Assembly (NCBI GenBank): GCA_030141605.1
Contig: JAQGDQ010001173.1
Coordinates: 1-57,486 of the forward strand
DNA from: Tubiluchus corallicola
Lineage: Eukaryota > Animalia > Priapulida
Length of the DNA: 57,486 nt
Direction of reading: 5' to 3'
The notes under the pieces were generated by a model that was given only the letters and a program-made list of their open reading frames with translations, had not been told where the DNA came from and did no database searches. The translations under genes were made by a program, and so were the position numbers. This document shows, piece by piece, positions 1-11,907 of the stretch. The stretch's first letter is position 1; each line of letters begins with the position of its first letter.

Positions 1-604
1 TTCTTTCTCTTTCTAAAGAGCTGAACATCTCCTTCCAAGAGTCCCACCAGGCGCCGCTAGAACGTTTTTTCTACAGGCAATCTGGCCAAAATTTCGAAAA
101 AATTGGGAGTTGGGTCCGGGAAAATGCCCGTAGCGAGCACTGATGGCCCTCTCGTGAAATCTAAATATGACTATTACACCCATCATTGAATGAGCTATTC
201 AATCATTACCAGCACAACCTGCGGCCTGTTCTGGATCTCTAGAAATAAGACGTTTTGCAAAAAATAGGCAAAATGGCCATTTTTGGAGGTTTTTCGGCCT
301 GCGTTCCTCCCGGTGGGCCCGATTCGAAAAATAAACCCCCAGGTGCGAACCCTTGTATGGAAATCTTTCATTTGACTTATAGATCGTCGAGAATGGTGCA
401 GTCGTCGGAGCTGTAGCCTCGTTGGTTATATATATATACCAGCGAAATTAAAATAAAAAGATATTGAGTAATCGAAATCACAGTAAGAAGTTTCACTGTC
501 AAGGGAGGGGGTCTGATTATGTAAGAGATTTCAGTTTCTATACGTGAAAGAGTTCTAGGAATGAAGATGGTGTTTATCCAGTTCAAACAGTCGCTTCGAG
601 TGTC

Positions 605-1068
605 ATTTTCTAATGCTAGAAATGAAGCCATGAGATGAAGCCAACAGTACATTTTCCAATGCTAGAAATGAAGCCATGAGATGAAGCCAACAGTACATTT
701 TCCAATGCTAGAAATGAAGCCATGAGATGAAGCCAACAGTACATTTTCCAATGCCAGAAATGAAGCCATGAGATGAAGCCAACAGTACATTTTCCAATGC
801 TAGAAATGAAGCCATGAGATGAAGCCAACAGTACATTTTCCAATGCTAGAAATGAAGCCATGAGATGAAGCCAGCAGTACATTTTCCAATGCTAGAATTG
901 AAGCCATGAGATGAAGCCAACAGTACATTTTCCAATGCTAGAAATGAAGCCATGAGATGAAGCCAACAGTACACTTTCCAATGCTAGAAATGAAGCCATG
1001 AGATGAAGCCAACAGTACATTTTCCAATGCTAGAAATGAAGCCATGAGATGAAGCCAACAGTACATTT
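605..1068. repeat. 46-bp minisatellite, about 10 near-identical copies
   Basis: Unit ATTTTCCAATGCTAGAAATGAAGCCATGAGATGAAGCCAACAGTAC repeated head-to-tail; contains ATGAAGCCA twice. Confidence 0.95.
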
Positions 1069-1199
1069 GTGACACTGCAATTACCAAGTCAATTATATAA
1101 AATCATTTTACTTGTTACAAATAAAAGAACTTCTCATACATTCCATTCACTAGACTTTTAGTTCAAAAGCAGGAATTACACACACAAAAACAAATGTAC

Positions 1200-1490
1200 A
1201 CAGTAACACACAAAGACTAAGATGGGTAGGACATTTAATGAGATTGTCAGAAACAACATCAGTAAAGATTAGCATTAAACGAGGCACTGAAACTTACTAA
1301 ACAACCTCCAGGCAAAACCTAGAACAACTTGGACATCAAGAATTAATAAAGATTTACAACAACTGAGACCAAACTTAACAATAGAATCACAGGTCTTGAA
1401 ACTTTTAGCTGCAGACAGGAAACAGTGGAGTGCTCTAATAAAGGATAGAAGTTGCATGTCTACAGTAGATGTTTAGAGTAACAGAAGATG
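1200..1490 (+). mobile_element. Degenerate 3' fragment of an RTE-clade LINE ORF
   Basis: Frameshifted translation RLRWVGHLMRL...PPGKPRTTWTSRINKDL...LAADRKQWSALI matches the RTE C-terminal pattern RLRWxGHxxR..GRPxxxW..DL..AxDRxxW. Confidence 0.7.
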
Positions 1491-1689
1491 AACATTTGTA
1501 CATGCCTTATATATAAGCTGGCTGTGTAACTATTTGTGGCACCTTATATGTTATAAAAGTGCTTATTTGTTATACGACGATTATATCAAACCAGGATACA
1601 TAACTGCTTGTAGTACGTTGTAAAATGTGCACTTTACACGATTATAAAAGAATTTATCAAGATTATCAAAATTTGCCACACTAGACTAG

Positions 1690-1861
1690 GTGACGTCATG
1701 TAATGGCGCAGACGGAACAGTGTTGCGGGGGATTTAAAATGAAAACATTAAATTCTTTTAACGCAAGTACAATATAAGCATTAAATTTGACTCAAATAAA
1801 TATAATTTTTAAGGCCATTTTTGTGAAACCTACTTTAGGCAGCCCTTTTCTTGTCCTTTAA
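1690..1861. mobile_element. Partial copy (right arm) of the TTAA-flanked MITE at 43521-43977
   Basis: Aligns by eye with 43800-43981 and ends with the same CTTTTCTTGTCCT|TTAA terminus. Confidence 0.65.
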
Positions 1862-2302
1862 ATTAATAACTATATTTGATAATGGAAACATCATTGAACA
1901 AGCTATAGAGCAAGTACTAATGACTTGAGCAAAAAAAGTGAAAATGCAGCAAACACAATTAAGAGTTTCAAATAACAGTCGATTGTTTGTTTAACAACGC
2001 CCAGTTTAACAACATTGTCAGTTTAGCATCACTGAGCCTGTTCAGTACAAATATCTGTGACCATCGGGTTCAACACTCACTCAACTCATTCACCTTACTG
2101 TCTCTGGGTGTTTATTTTGTTGACGCATGATGTACTAACATTATGGCACATGATGTGCTCCGAATGAGACAAAGACACCTCTGCTGGTTTAGTGCCTCGT
2201 CATGGAAGAATAGCCTTGATAGTCTTTTAAACACATTTTTGCACGTAATGTAGCCTTTGGTTAGGACATGATAGTTGCTAACAACTGTCAGTGACAGGAG
2301 GT

Positions 2303-5175
2303 TCATTGACAGTTGTGAACAGGCATTAAGCAACACTTCTTAATAGTGTTACGTGACTCACTCAATGGATAACCTAATGCACTTACACTAGCACAATATG
2401 CACGATAATTATCCAGAACAATGCAAGCAAGTCGCTTTGTGTGACTGTACGGAGCCGGATGACGTATCAGTGCATCCAGCAGTCGCTTTATGTGACTGTA
2501 CGGAGCCGGGCGACCTCTCAGTGCATCCAGCAGTCGCTTTATGTGACTGTACGGAGCCGGGCGACCTCTCAGTGCATCCAGCAGTCGCTTTATGTGACTG
2601 TACGGAGCCGGATGATGTATCAGTGCATCCAGCAGTCGCTTTATGTGACTGTACAGAGCCGGATGACGTATCAGTGCATCCAGCAGTCGCTTTATGTGAC
2701 TTTACGGAGCCGGATGACGTATCAGTGCATCCAGCAGTCGCTTTATGTGACTGTACGGAGCCGGGCGACCTCTCAGTGCATCCAGTAGTCGCTTTATGTG
2801 ACTGTACGGAGCCGGGCGACCTCTCAGTGCATCCAGCAGTCGCTTTATGTGACTGTACGGAGCCGGGCGACCTCTCAGTCCATCCAGCAGTCGCTTTATG
2901 TGACTGTACGGAGCCGGATGATGTATCAGTGCATCCAGCAGACGCTTTATGTGACTGTACGGAGCCGGATGATGAATCAGTGCACCCAGCAGTCGCTTTA
3001 TGTGACTGTACGGAGCCGGGCGACCTCTCAGTCCATCCAGCAGTCGCTTTATGTGACTGTACGGAGCCGGGCGACCTCTCAGTGCATCCCGCAGTCGCTT
3101 TATGTGACTGTACGAAGCCGGACGACCTCTCAGTGCATCCTGCAGTCGCTTTATGTGACTGTACGGAGCTGGGCGATGTATCAGTGCATCCAGCAGTCGC
3201 TTTATGTGACTGTACGGAGCCGGATGACGTATCAGTGCATCCAGCAGTCGCTTTATGTGACTGTACGGAGCCGGACGACCTCTCAGTGCATCCAGCAGTC
3301 GCTTTATGTGACTGTACGGAGCCGGGCGACCTCTCAGTGCATCCAGCAGTCGCTTTATGTGACTGTACGGAGCCGGACGACTCAGTGCATCCAGCAGTCG
3401 CTTTATGTGACTGTACGGAGCCGAACGACCTCTCAGTGCATCCTGCAGTCGCTTTATGTGACTGTACGGAGCCGGATGATGTATCAGTGCACCCAGCAGT
3501 CGCTTTATGTGACTGTACGGAGCCGGATGTCGTATCAGTGCATCCAGCAGTCGCTTTATGTGACTGTACGGAGCCGGATGATGTATCAGTGCATCCCGCA
3601 GTCGCTTTATGTGACTGTACGAAGCCGGACGACCTCTCAGTGCATCCTGCAGTCGCTTTATGTGACTGTACGGAGCTGGGCGATGTATCAGTGCATCCAG
3701 CAGTCGCTTTATGTGACTGTACGGAGCCGGATGACGTATCAGTGCATCCAGCAGTCGCTTTATGTGACTGTACGGAGCCGGATGACGTATCAGTGCATCC
3801 AGCAGTCGCTTTATGTGACTGTACGGAGCCGGGCGACCTCTCAGTGCATCCAGCAGTCGCTTTATGTGACTGTACGGAGCCGGGCGACCTCTCAGTGCAT
3901 CCAGCAGTCGCTTTATGTGACTGTACGGAGCCGGACGACCTCTCAGTGCATCCAGCAGTCGCTTTATGTGACTGTACGGAGCCGAACGACCTCTCAGTGC
4001 ATCCTGCAGTCGCTTTATGTGACTGTACGGAGCCGGATGATGTATCAGTGCACCCAGCAGTCGCTTTATGTGACTGTACGGAGCCGGATGTCGTATCAGT
4101 GCATCCAGCAGTCGCTTTATGTGACTGTACGGAGCCGGATGATGTATCAGTGCACCCAGCAGTCGCTTTATGTGACTGTACGGAGCCGGATGATGTATCA
4201 GTGCATCCCACAGTCGCTTTATGTGACTGTACGGAGCCGGATGATGTATCAGTGCACCCAGCAGTCGCTTTATGTGACTGTACGGAGCCGGACGACCTCT
4301 CAGTCCATCCAGCAGTCGCTTTATGTGACTGTACGGAGCCGGACGACCTCTCAGTGCATCCAGCAGTCGCTTTATGTGACTGTACGGAGCTGGACGACCT
4401 CTCAGTGCATCTCGCAGTCGCTTTGTGTGACTGTACGGAGCCGGGCGACCTCTCAGTGCATCCAGCAGTCGCTTTATGTGACTGTACGGAGCCGGACGAC
4501 CTCTCAGTGCATCCCGCAGTCGCTTTATGTGACTGTACGGAGCCGGACGTCCTCTCAGTGCATCCCGCAGTCGCTTTGTGTGACTGTACGGAGCCGGGCG
4601 ACCTCTCAGTGCATCCAGCAGTCGCTTTATGTGACTGTACGGAGCCGGACGACCTCTCAGTGCATCCAGCAGTCGCTTTATGTGACTGTACGGAGCCGGG
4701 CGACCTTTCAGTGCATCCCGCAGTCGCTTTATGTGACTGTACGGAGCCGAACGACCTCTCAGTGCATCCTGCAGTCGCTTTATGTGACTGTACGGAGCCG
4801 GATGATGTATCAGTGCATCCCGCAGTCGCTTTATGTGACTGTACGGAGCCGGATGATGTATCAGTGCACCCAGCAGTCGCTTTATGTGACTGTACGGAGC
4901 CGGATGACGTATCAGTGCATCCAGCAGTCGCTTTATGTGACTGTACGGAGCCGGATGATGTATCAGTGCACCCAGCAGTCGCTTTATGTGACTGTACGGA
5001 GCCGGATGATGTATCAGTGCATCCCGCAGTCGCTTTATGTGACTGTACGGAGCCGGATGATGTATCAGTGCATCCAGCAGTCGCTTTATGTGACTGTACG
5101 GAGCCGGATGACATATCAGTGCATCCAGTAGCTCTAATCCACCTTCGGCTTTAATCAATCTGCAATACTTGCTAG
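2303..5175 (-). CDS. Terminal exon of a ZER1/ZYG11-like protein with an internal 17-aa tandem expansion and an in-frame TAA at 2702-2704 (possibly pseudogenic)
   Basis: Acceptor TTTTGCATTGCAG (AG at 5177-5176), then xSKYCRLIKAEGGLELLDALICHPAPYSHIKRL, about 53 repeats, then LACIVLDNY...CQ* (TGA 2305-2303) in the same frame. The collapsed sequence resembles the ZER1/ZYG11 C-terminus (KYCxLxxxEGGxxLL...xAxxVLD) as recalled. Upstream exons not found. Confidence 0.65.
2431..5129. repeat. 51-bp minisatellite, about 53 copies
   Basis: Unit GTCGCTTTATGTGACTGTACGGAGCCGGATGACGTATCAGTGCATCCAGCA with two main variants (GATGAYGTA / GRCGACCTC); the only indel seen is a 3-bp deletion near 3380. Confidence 0.98.
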
Positions 5176-7648
5176 CTGCAATGCAAAACTCAACTTAATC
5201 AACAAAAAACTGTCTATAATCTAATTAAACAACAACAGTAGTTGGCTGTAATGTTAAAAACAGTTCAGAATGAAAGAGCAGTCACAGTAAGATAGAAAGG
5301 CCAACCTTAACAGAAATGTTAGGGGAGTTAAAACATTACACACAGAAAACAGACAGTTTCCAAACTTAATTCACTTTGAGATGTAGTAACAGATTTTAAT
5401 TTTATTTTAGTTTCAAAATTAAAAGAAAAGTGTAATCAATATTATCAAGCAATTACCTCTTTTCATTAACTTTGTTCGTTAAACAAAAACAGACTGTAAT
5501 TTTACAAAAAGTCAAGCATTAATTAATTTCATTAATACTGATCAACTTGATATTTTATATCACTTTGCTAACTCAGAAAAAGTTTAAATTACTTTACATT
5601 GTCAGTTACATCAATAATGTGTTGTTTGGTAAAGACACAGCTAAATGGTAATTTTAAGTGCTATAAGCCATCGTTGCTGAAACCATGGCAACGTCATGCA
5701 GTTGTCCTCTCCTAATAAAAATTAACATTTTCTGCGTTTGATGCCTTTGAACTTTTCTATAATACTAAGAATTTATTTGCTAAGAAAGTGTTCTAAATTT
5801 TCTGTTTCATAAATTCTTTGTTCACACCAGCGTTACTGTTTGTGAAGTTCTGCATGAGCCATTTAATAAGTTTTAATTTTTTTAAGTTTTACTTTATTAA
5901 AGTAGGTCTAAAGTCAGTCTACTATAACGCAGGTGCAAACATTTCTGAACTAAACAAACTCTAAATGTAGATATTATACGACGTCTAAAATGGTAAAAAA
6001 TGTTTATAAATAACTTCTGATATTTATTAAGAAAATTAACACACATTTTGTTGGAGCAGCCATATTATTTTGCCTTTGCAGGACTTTTAAATGGTGTCGT
6101 ATATCAAGCCTGTTGCTACCAATCCAGAACAAAGCTGTAAGACAACTAAAGCTAGCATCAAGTATTACGGTTGCAAACAACTTGTAGAAATGGCAGTATT
6201 TGATAAATAATACCTGCATAACCATCTTGATTCATTTTCCTTTTTTCAGCATGAAAAAATTACTTAGGGTACATCAGATGATATTTCTTAAAGGGATACC
6301 AGGTATTATTTCTGCATCAAGATCTTTTTGTGTTTTAGAAATATGTATTCTCTGCGTATGGGAAATTATTCTGTCTCTATGTGGTGAATATACTTTTGTA
6401 GTGTTGCAATGAATTATTACTTAGCGTTCCACGAAAATTGATCATTGTGTACAAATAGACGTGAATCATCTACTATAGATTACAATTAACAATAAAGATT
6501 TTGTAGAGTTGCAGTTAATTATCACTAAACATTCCACAAAAAATTATTATTACTAAGTATTGTTTTAGTGTACAAATAGACGTAAATCATCTATTATATC
6601 AAGAATATTGATTTATTTGCTATAGATTATAGGGTTAGATTAATTTATAGCTTGTGTATTAAAATCTATTATCTCGAGTCTTGACTACAAAGAATAGTTT
6701 TTAAAATGTTTTTCCCATACCTCCAAAAGCGAGGGGGGGTCGAAATATTACGATTTTTTTATCCACCAGTCTTGTATGTTGTACGTTTTTGCTGGTTCAC
6801 TCCGATTATTCAGTTTTTTGCACAAATAGCAGAAGCTTCGATTTGCGCTTTTTGCTATAGAATAATTCTGTTTCCAGGCAAAATATAGTGAATAAGCAGC
6901 GTCGTTCTTATCCAAATACAAGAGGTACTCGGCAAGTTTTTTAGCTGAGTCAAAATCTGCTGTATTGAGAGAACTCGGAACTAACTGCTGTACTAACTAA
7001 CATCTCGGAACAGGAAAATCGGTTGCAGCTATGCAAAAATACGAGTGCATTAGCTATATGGGACCAGTCCAATGGAATAGACTAAGCCGCAATTCAAAAT
7101 GTAGTCACTCCCTTTCAACTTTTAAAAAAACCGTCAGAAAAGAAATATTTCAAAAGTATTGAGAGTAACACAGTTTGATAATGGTAATCACCTGCATTCT
7201 TTTTCCACAGTAATCTTAATATAACGTGACTATGCTCAACAGGTTACTGAACACTTTATAATCATGATCACAGTTTTTCTTAGTTCTCGCTCCATTTCAT
7301 CTTTCATTCACTACTCCCCCCCCCACATTTATGTATATATTATCATTATTTCAATTATTAATCACTTCTTTAAGATTTCCACGTACAGTTTGGACTGTCA
7401 AGCTATGCTTTTAGGCTCAAACTGTATGCATCAAAATTATTCTGTAATGTAATTTGCACATGCATATGCTGCATAAGAATCTCTTTTGTAATTTCTGGAT
7501 AATATTGCATTTATATTTATATTTACTTCAGTGGAAAATTATCTGTATTTTTATTATAACAGTTAGATGCAGAGTGGAAATAAATAAACTTATAACTTAT
7601 ACACAGGTAAAAAGTTGGCTTACTTTATCTTCGTTTCTTTCTTTGCAG

Positions 7649-8320
7649 TGTAATGGTGTGAATCAATGAAACCACGAGTACATCAGGTGTGCACAGGTGG
7701 GGCAGTACACGCCCTACTATCGGGATGACACGGACGGTCGAGGAGGCGGGTGCAGAATGTCATGGAAACTGAACGTTCCTAGCAACGCTGAGCCCTGGAG
7801 GATGCTACGAGTGGTACCCGGATGGCGACGGCGGTCAATGTGGTGGGGGAGCCGCACGCTGGATTCTGGACTCCCTTTTACAGGGATGACACTGATGGTC
7901 GAGGCGGAGGATGTCGCATGAGCTGGCACCCGGATGGCGACGGCGGTCAATGTGGCGGGGGAGCCGCACGCAAACTGTGCGCATGGGCTGGATTCTGGAC
8001 TCCCTTTTACAGGGATGACACTGATGGTCGAGGCGGAGGGTGTCGCATGAGCTGGCACCCGGATGGTGACGGTGGTCAATGTGGCGGGGGAGCCGCACGC
8101 TGGATTCTGGACTCCCTTTTACAGGGATGACACTGATGGTCGAGGCGGAGGATGTCGCATGAGCTGGCACCCGGATGGTGACGGTGGTCAATGTGGCGGG
8201 GGAGCCGCACGCAAACTGTGCGCTAGGGCTGGATTCTGGACTCCCTTTTACAGGGATGACACTGATGGTCGATGCGGAGGGTGTCGCATGAGCTGGCAAC
8301 TTTCTGTCTTGTCAAACTAA
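7649..8320 (+). pseudogene. Degenerate terminal exon encoding a perivitellin-2-like invertebrate MACPF accessory domain (IMAD-type)
   Basis: Polypyrimidine acceptor TTTGCAG at 7648. Motifs YTPYYRDDTDGRGGGCRMSWKL, CYEWYPDGDGGQCGGGAARKLCA and WTPFYRDDTDGRGGGCRMSWQL. TGA at 7667-7669, frameshifts, TAA at 8318-8320. Confidence 0.65.
7816..8298. repeat. Tandem array of 112/129/112/129-bp units (241-bp higher-order dimer, twice)
   Basis: ACCCGGATGG unit starts at 7816, 7928, 8057 and 8169; the 112-bp units lack 17 nt (the KLCA codons). Confidence 0.9.
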
Positions 8321-8336
8321 ATAAGCAAAAGTTTAA

Positions 8337-8881
8337 AGGAAAACTGAACGATTGTTTAGACTCAATCTCATTTTTACTGTCCAAAATATACATTTTCTTG
8401 CCTATAAAAGTTAACAATTGTTCCTTATATTTGAATAATTAGCTTAGGAAGTTAATTAACGGCAACCGAACACAACTGTTGCTTACGTCAGAAACTAACC
8501 ACAATTTGTGCAATGGCAGGCATCTTCCCTTGCCCGTCAAGCACTTTTGCATAAGTGTTACAGTACTGTTTAAACGCATGATGTCATGAAAAATGAGCTC
8601 TACATCATATGACGTCAGAAACTAACACAACAGTTCATGATCATGCTTATCACGGTACAACCTTCTACTTGTCGGTGACGCGCACGTGACAAAAAGGCGC
8701 CGTTGCCAATCTTAGTAGATTCACTGAGCCGCGCGTAGCTTTAAAAGTTCAACAAAATTTGAGTATCCGAGGTAATTATTATTTAATCTAAGCTTTGAGT
8801 TAAAATAAATTGCTGTAGTTTTCAATATTTTAGAGCATTCTTTAATCTGAACTAATGTTTACACAATCATCCAGTTTTCCT
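8337..8881. mobile_element. Non-autonomous DNA transposon (MITE) with TTAA TSD, Kolobok-like
   Basis: TTAA|AGGAAAACTGAACGATTGT ... ACAATCATCCAGTTTTCCT|TTAA; imperfect TIR of about 20 bp. Confidence 0.75.
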
Positions 8882-9042
8882 TTAAGAATGTTTCGAATGT
8901 TATTAAATTTGATGAGAAAAGTTAAAAAATGACAGTGAAGTTTGGCAAATAGAACATTGAAATTGCATTTAATCGTAAGGCTAATGTAAATATAATGATC
9001 AAAAAAATGTGAAACAAAGTACTAAAAACTTTATTCAGAATG

Positions 9043-10402
9043 GTCTGCCATTGCCCGCCATTGTCTACCATTGTCTGCCATTGTTTGCCATTGCCCGCCA
9101 TTGTCTGCCATTGTCTACCATTGTCTGCCATTGCCCGCCCTTGTCTGCCATTGTCTGCATTGCCTGCCATTGTCTGCCATCGTCAGCCATTGCCTGCCAT
9201 TCCCTGCATTGCCTGCCATTGTCTGCCATTCCCTGCATTGCCTGCCATTGTCTGGCATTGTCTGCCATTGCATGCCATTGTCTGCCATTGCCTGCCATTG
9301 TCTGCATTGCCTGCCATTGCCTGCCATTGTCTGCATTGCCTGCCATTGCCTGCCATTGTCTGCATTGCCTGCCATTGTCTGGCATTGTCTGCCATTGCAT
9401 GCCATTGTCTGCCATTGCCTGCCATTGCCTGCCATTGTCTACCATTGCATGCCATTGTCTGCCATTGCCTGCCATTGTCTGCCATTGCCTGCCATTGTCT
9501 GCATTGCCTGCCATTGCCTACCATTGTCTGCCATTGCATGCCATTGTCTGCCATTGTCTGCCATTGCCTGCCATTGCCTGCCATTGTCTGCATTGCCTGC
9601 CATTGTCTGCCATTGTCTCCCATTGTCTGCATTGCCTGCCATTGTCTGCCATTGTCTGCCATTGCATGCCATTGTCTGCCATTGCCTGCCATTGTCTGCA
9701 TTGCCTGCCATTGCCTGCCATTGTCTGCATTGCCTGCCATTGCCTGCTGTTGTCTGCCATTGCCTGCCGTTGTCTGCCATTGTCTGCCATTGCATGCCAT
9801 TGTCTGCCACTGCCTGCCATTGTCTGCCATTGCCTGCCATTGTCTGCCATTGCCTGCCGTTGTCTGTCTTTGCTTGCCATTGCCTGCCATTGTCTGCCAT
9901 TGCCTGCCGTTGTCTGCCATTGTCTGCCATTGCTTGTCATTGTCTGCATTGCCTGCCATTGTCTGCCATTGCCTGCCGTTGTCTGCCATTGTTTGCCATT
10001 GACTGCCGTTGTCTGCCATTGTCTGTCATTGTCTGCCATTGTCTGCATTGCCTGCCATTGTCTGCCATTGCCTGCCATTGTCTGCCATTGCCTGCCATTG
10101 TCTACCATTGTCTGCCATTGTCTACCATTGTCTACCATTGTCTGCATTGCCTGCCATTGTCTGCATTGCCTGCCATTGTCTACCATTGTCTGCCATTGTC
10201 TGCCGTTGTCTGCATTGCCTGCCATTGACCGCCATTGTCTGCATTGCCTGCCATTGTCTGCCATTGTCTACCATTGTCTACATTGCCTGCCATTGCCTGC
10301 ATTGCCTGCCATTGTCTACCATTGTCTACCATTGTCTGCCATTGTCTGCCATTCTCTACCATTGTCTGCCATTGCCTGCCATTGTCTGCCATTGTCTGCC
10401 AT
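9043..10402. repeat. 10-bp (with 9-bp variants) tandem repeat CCATTG(T/C)CTG, about 1.36 kb
   Basis: Direct reading; the overlapping CHCLP / MADNGRQW ORFs are products of this repeat. Confidence 0.97.
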
Positions 10403-11907
10403 TAGATGTGACAAGATTAAGTCCTGATTACTGGTCCATGCTGTAGAACGTAGTTGCCCATTTAACGATTTTTGACAATTAATATTCAGTGGGAAAATGC
10501 TTCAGCCATTAAATTCTATTGCCTCGGAATCATATAGGTCTAACGTAGATTCGGTTTATGGTTGTCCAGAAAGACCCTAATACTACCCAGAAAGAAGACT
10601 GTTCTTGTGTAAGACCCATTTCTCTGCCGTTCTGCAAAACATTCGACAAGCGTCCAATGGGCTATGTTTAATGATATGGGCCTATTATCACAGCACATGT
10701 CCGGTTACCGTATTCGTGAAATTGTTTTTTGACTTCATTGTAATGTACTGCATTGTTTATGTAATGTTTTGTGACTTGTAATTACAATTGTAATTGTGTG
10801 GATTGTAAGTCGTCAATAAACATGTTAGTAATACAGTAATAAGCGTGTCTGCAATTTGTAATTTTAGACCACTAAGCCATCGAACCCGGTCCAGAACATT
10901 ATGCAAAAATGTACTATGCACTGGTCACTATACAAAAATTGTCTGTATTGAGCACAAGTAATTTTATTTAACATTTTAGGTAACACTAATTTCTAAGCAG
11001 TGCGCATTGTACTTACGCCTTAGAGCAAGAATTCTGCCGATTTTCTAATTGCACTCTGACAGTCTGACTTGTGACGTAAATAGAAGTTCAACCCCTCCAT
11101 TAGCACTGACTTGTCAAACAAAAAGTAGTAATTAAGTATGTAGAGCAATTTTAATTTCTAATCTTAAAATGAGGAGGTCTTCTGACGTCCGTTACCAGAA
11201 CTTCGAGATCGTGGAGGAAGTTTGTGGTTCAGTTTTCGTTGTGAGGTCGTTTTACAACAAGGTAATGTAAAAACTTTGGGCACAAATGTCGACGATCTTG
11301 CTAAAATTTGCAGCAAACTTTGCGAACAAGCTTAGTCGTTATTTTCTAATAATCTTTAAGATCCATAGTTGTCCAACTTTGGTTAAAACTATACTGTTGT
11401 CTATGCCTGCTACATTATTTTGTTTTCTAACATTGTTTATACTACAAAGAAGCCTTTAGGGACTTTTTTAGTTTCATTTTATGTTATGAATTACATATAG
11501 GCTGTCTCTGAGCGGCTTCCGTTTTTGATACCACTTTTGTGGTCCTCTTTCCCCGAATGCAGTTGTCTCCCTAATGGCACAAATCACGAGACGCGAAACA
11601 TTTTCTGCTGCATTCATTCATTTATTGACTAATTCATTCATTCATTCATTCATTCATTCAGTTAGTACTCATTCACGAATGACGTTACAGAAAATTTTGC
11701 CACGGCAAAAGTTTCTTGCGTGAACTCAATACACCCAACTCCATTCCAGGCTTTTGGCAAATAGTGCATAACGCAGTTTACTGTTTAGGTGCGCATATTA
11801 CCCCCCCCCCCCCCCGCACACGCACACGCAGGTGTCATTCCAAGCTCAGTAGCCATCAAAAAGAGGAGATTCCCATCTTGTTGTCACGTTCCGCCAGTCC
11901 GAAGAAT

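Noticed and set aside
1-600. Possible DNA transposon or Helitron-like end
   Set aside because: Composition is suggestive but no TIR pair, TSD or hairpin-CTRR end could be shown within the window.
2431-5129. CRISPR-like array (also considered for the 46, 96, 40, 57 and 73-bp arrays)
   Set aside because: Units are contiguous with no unique spacers, no cas genes are present, and the context is eukaryotic.
9009-10446. Cys/His-rich metallothionein-like or keratin-associated-like ORFs
   Set aside because: They come from a 10-bp repeat with frame-shifting 9-bp units, and the same peptide appears in all frames.
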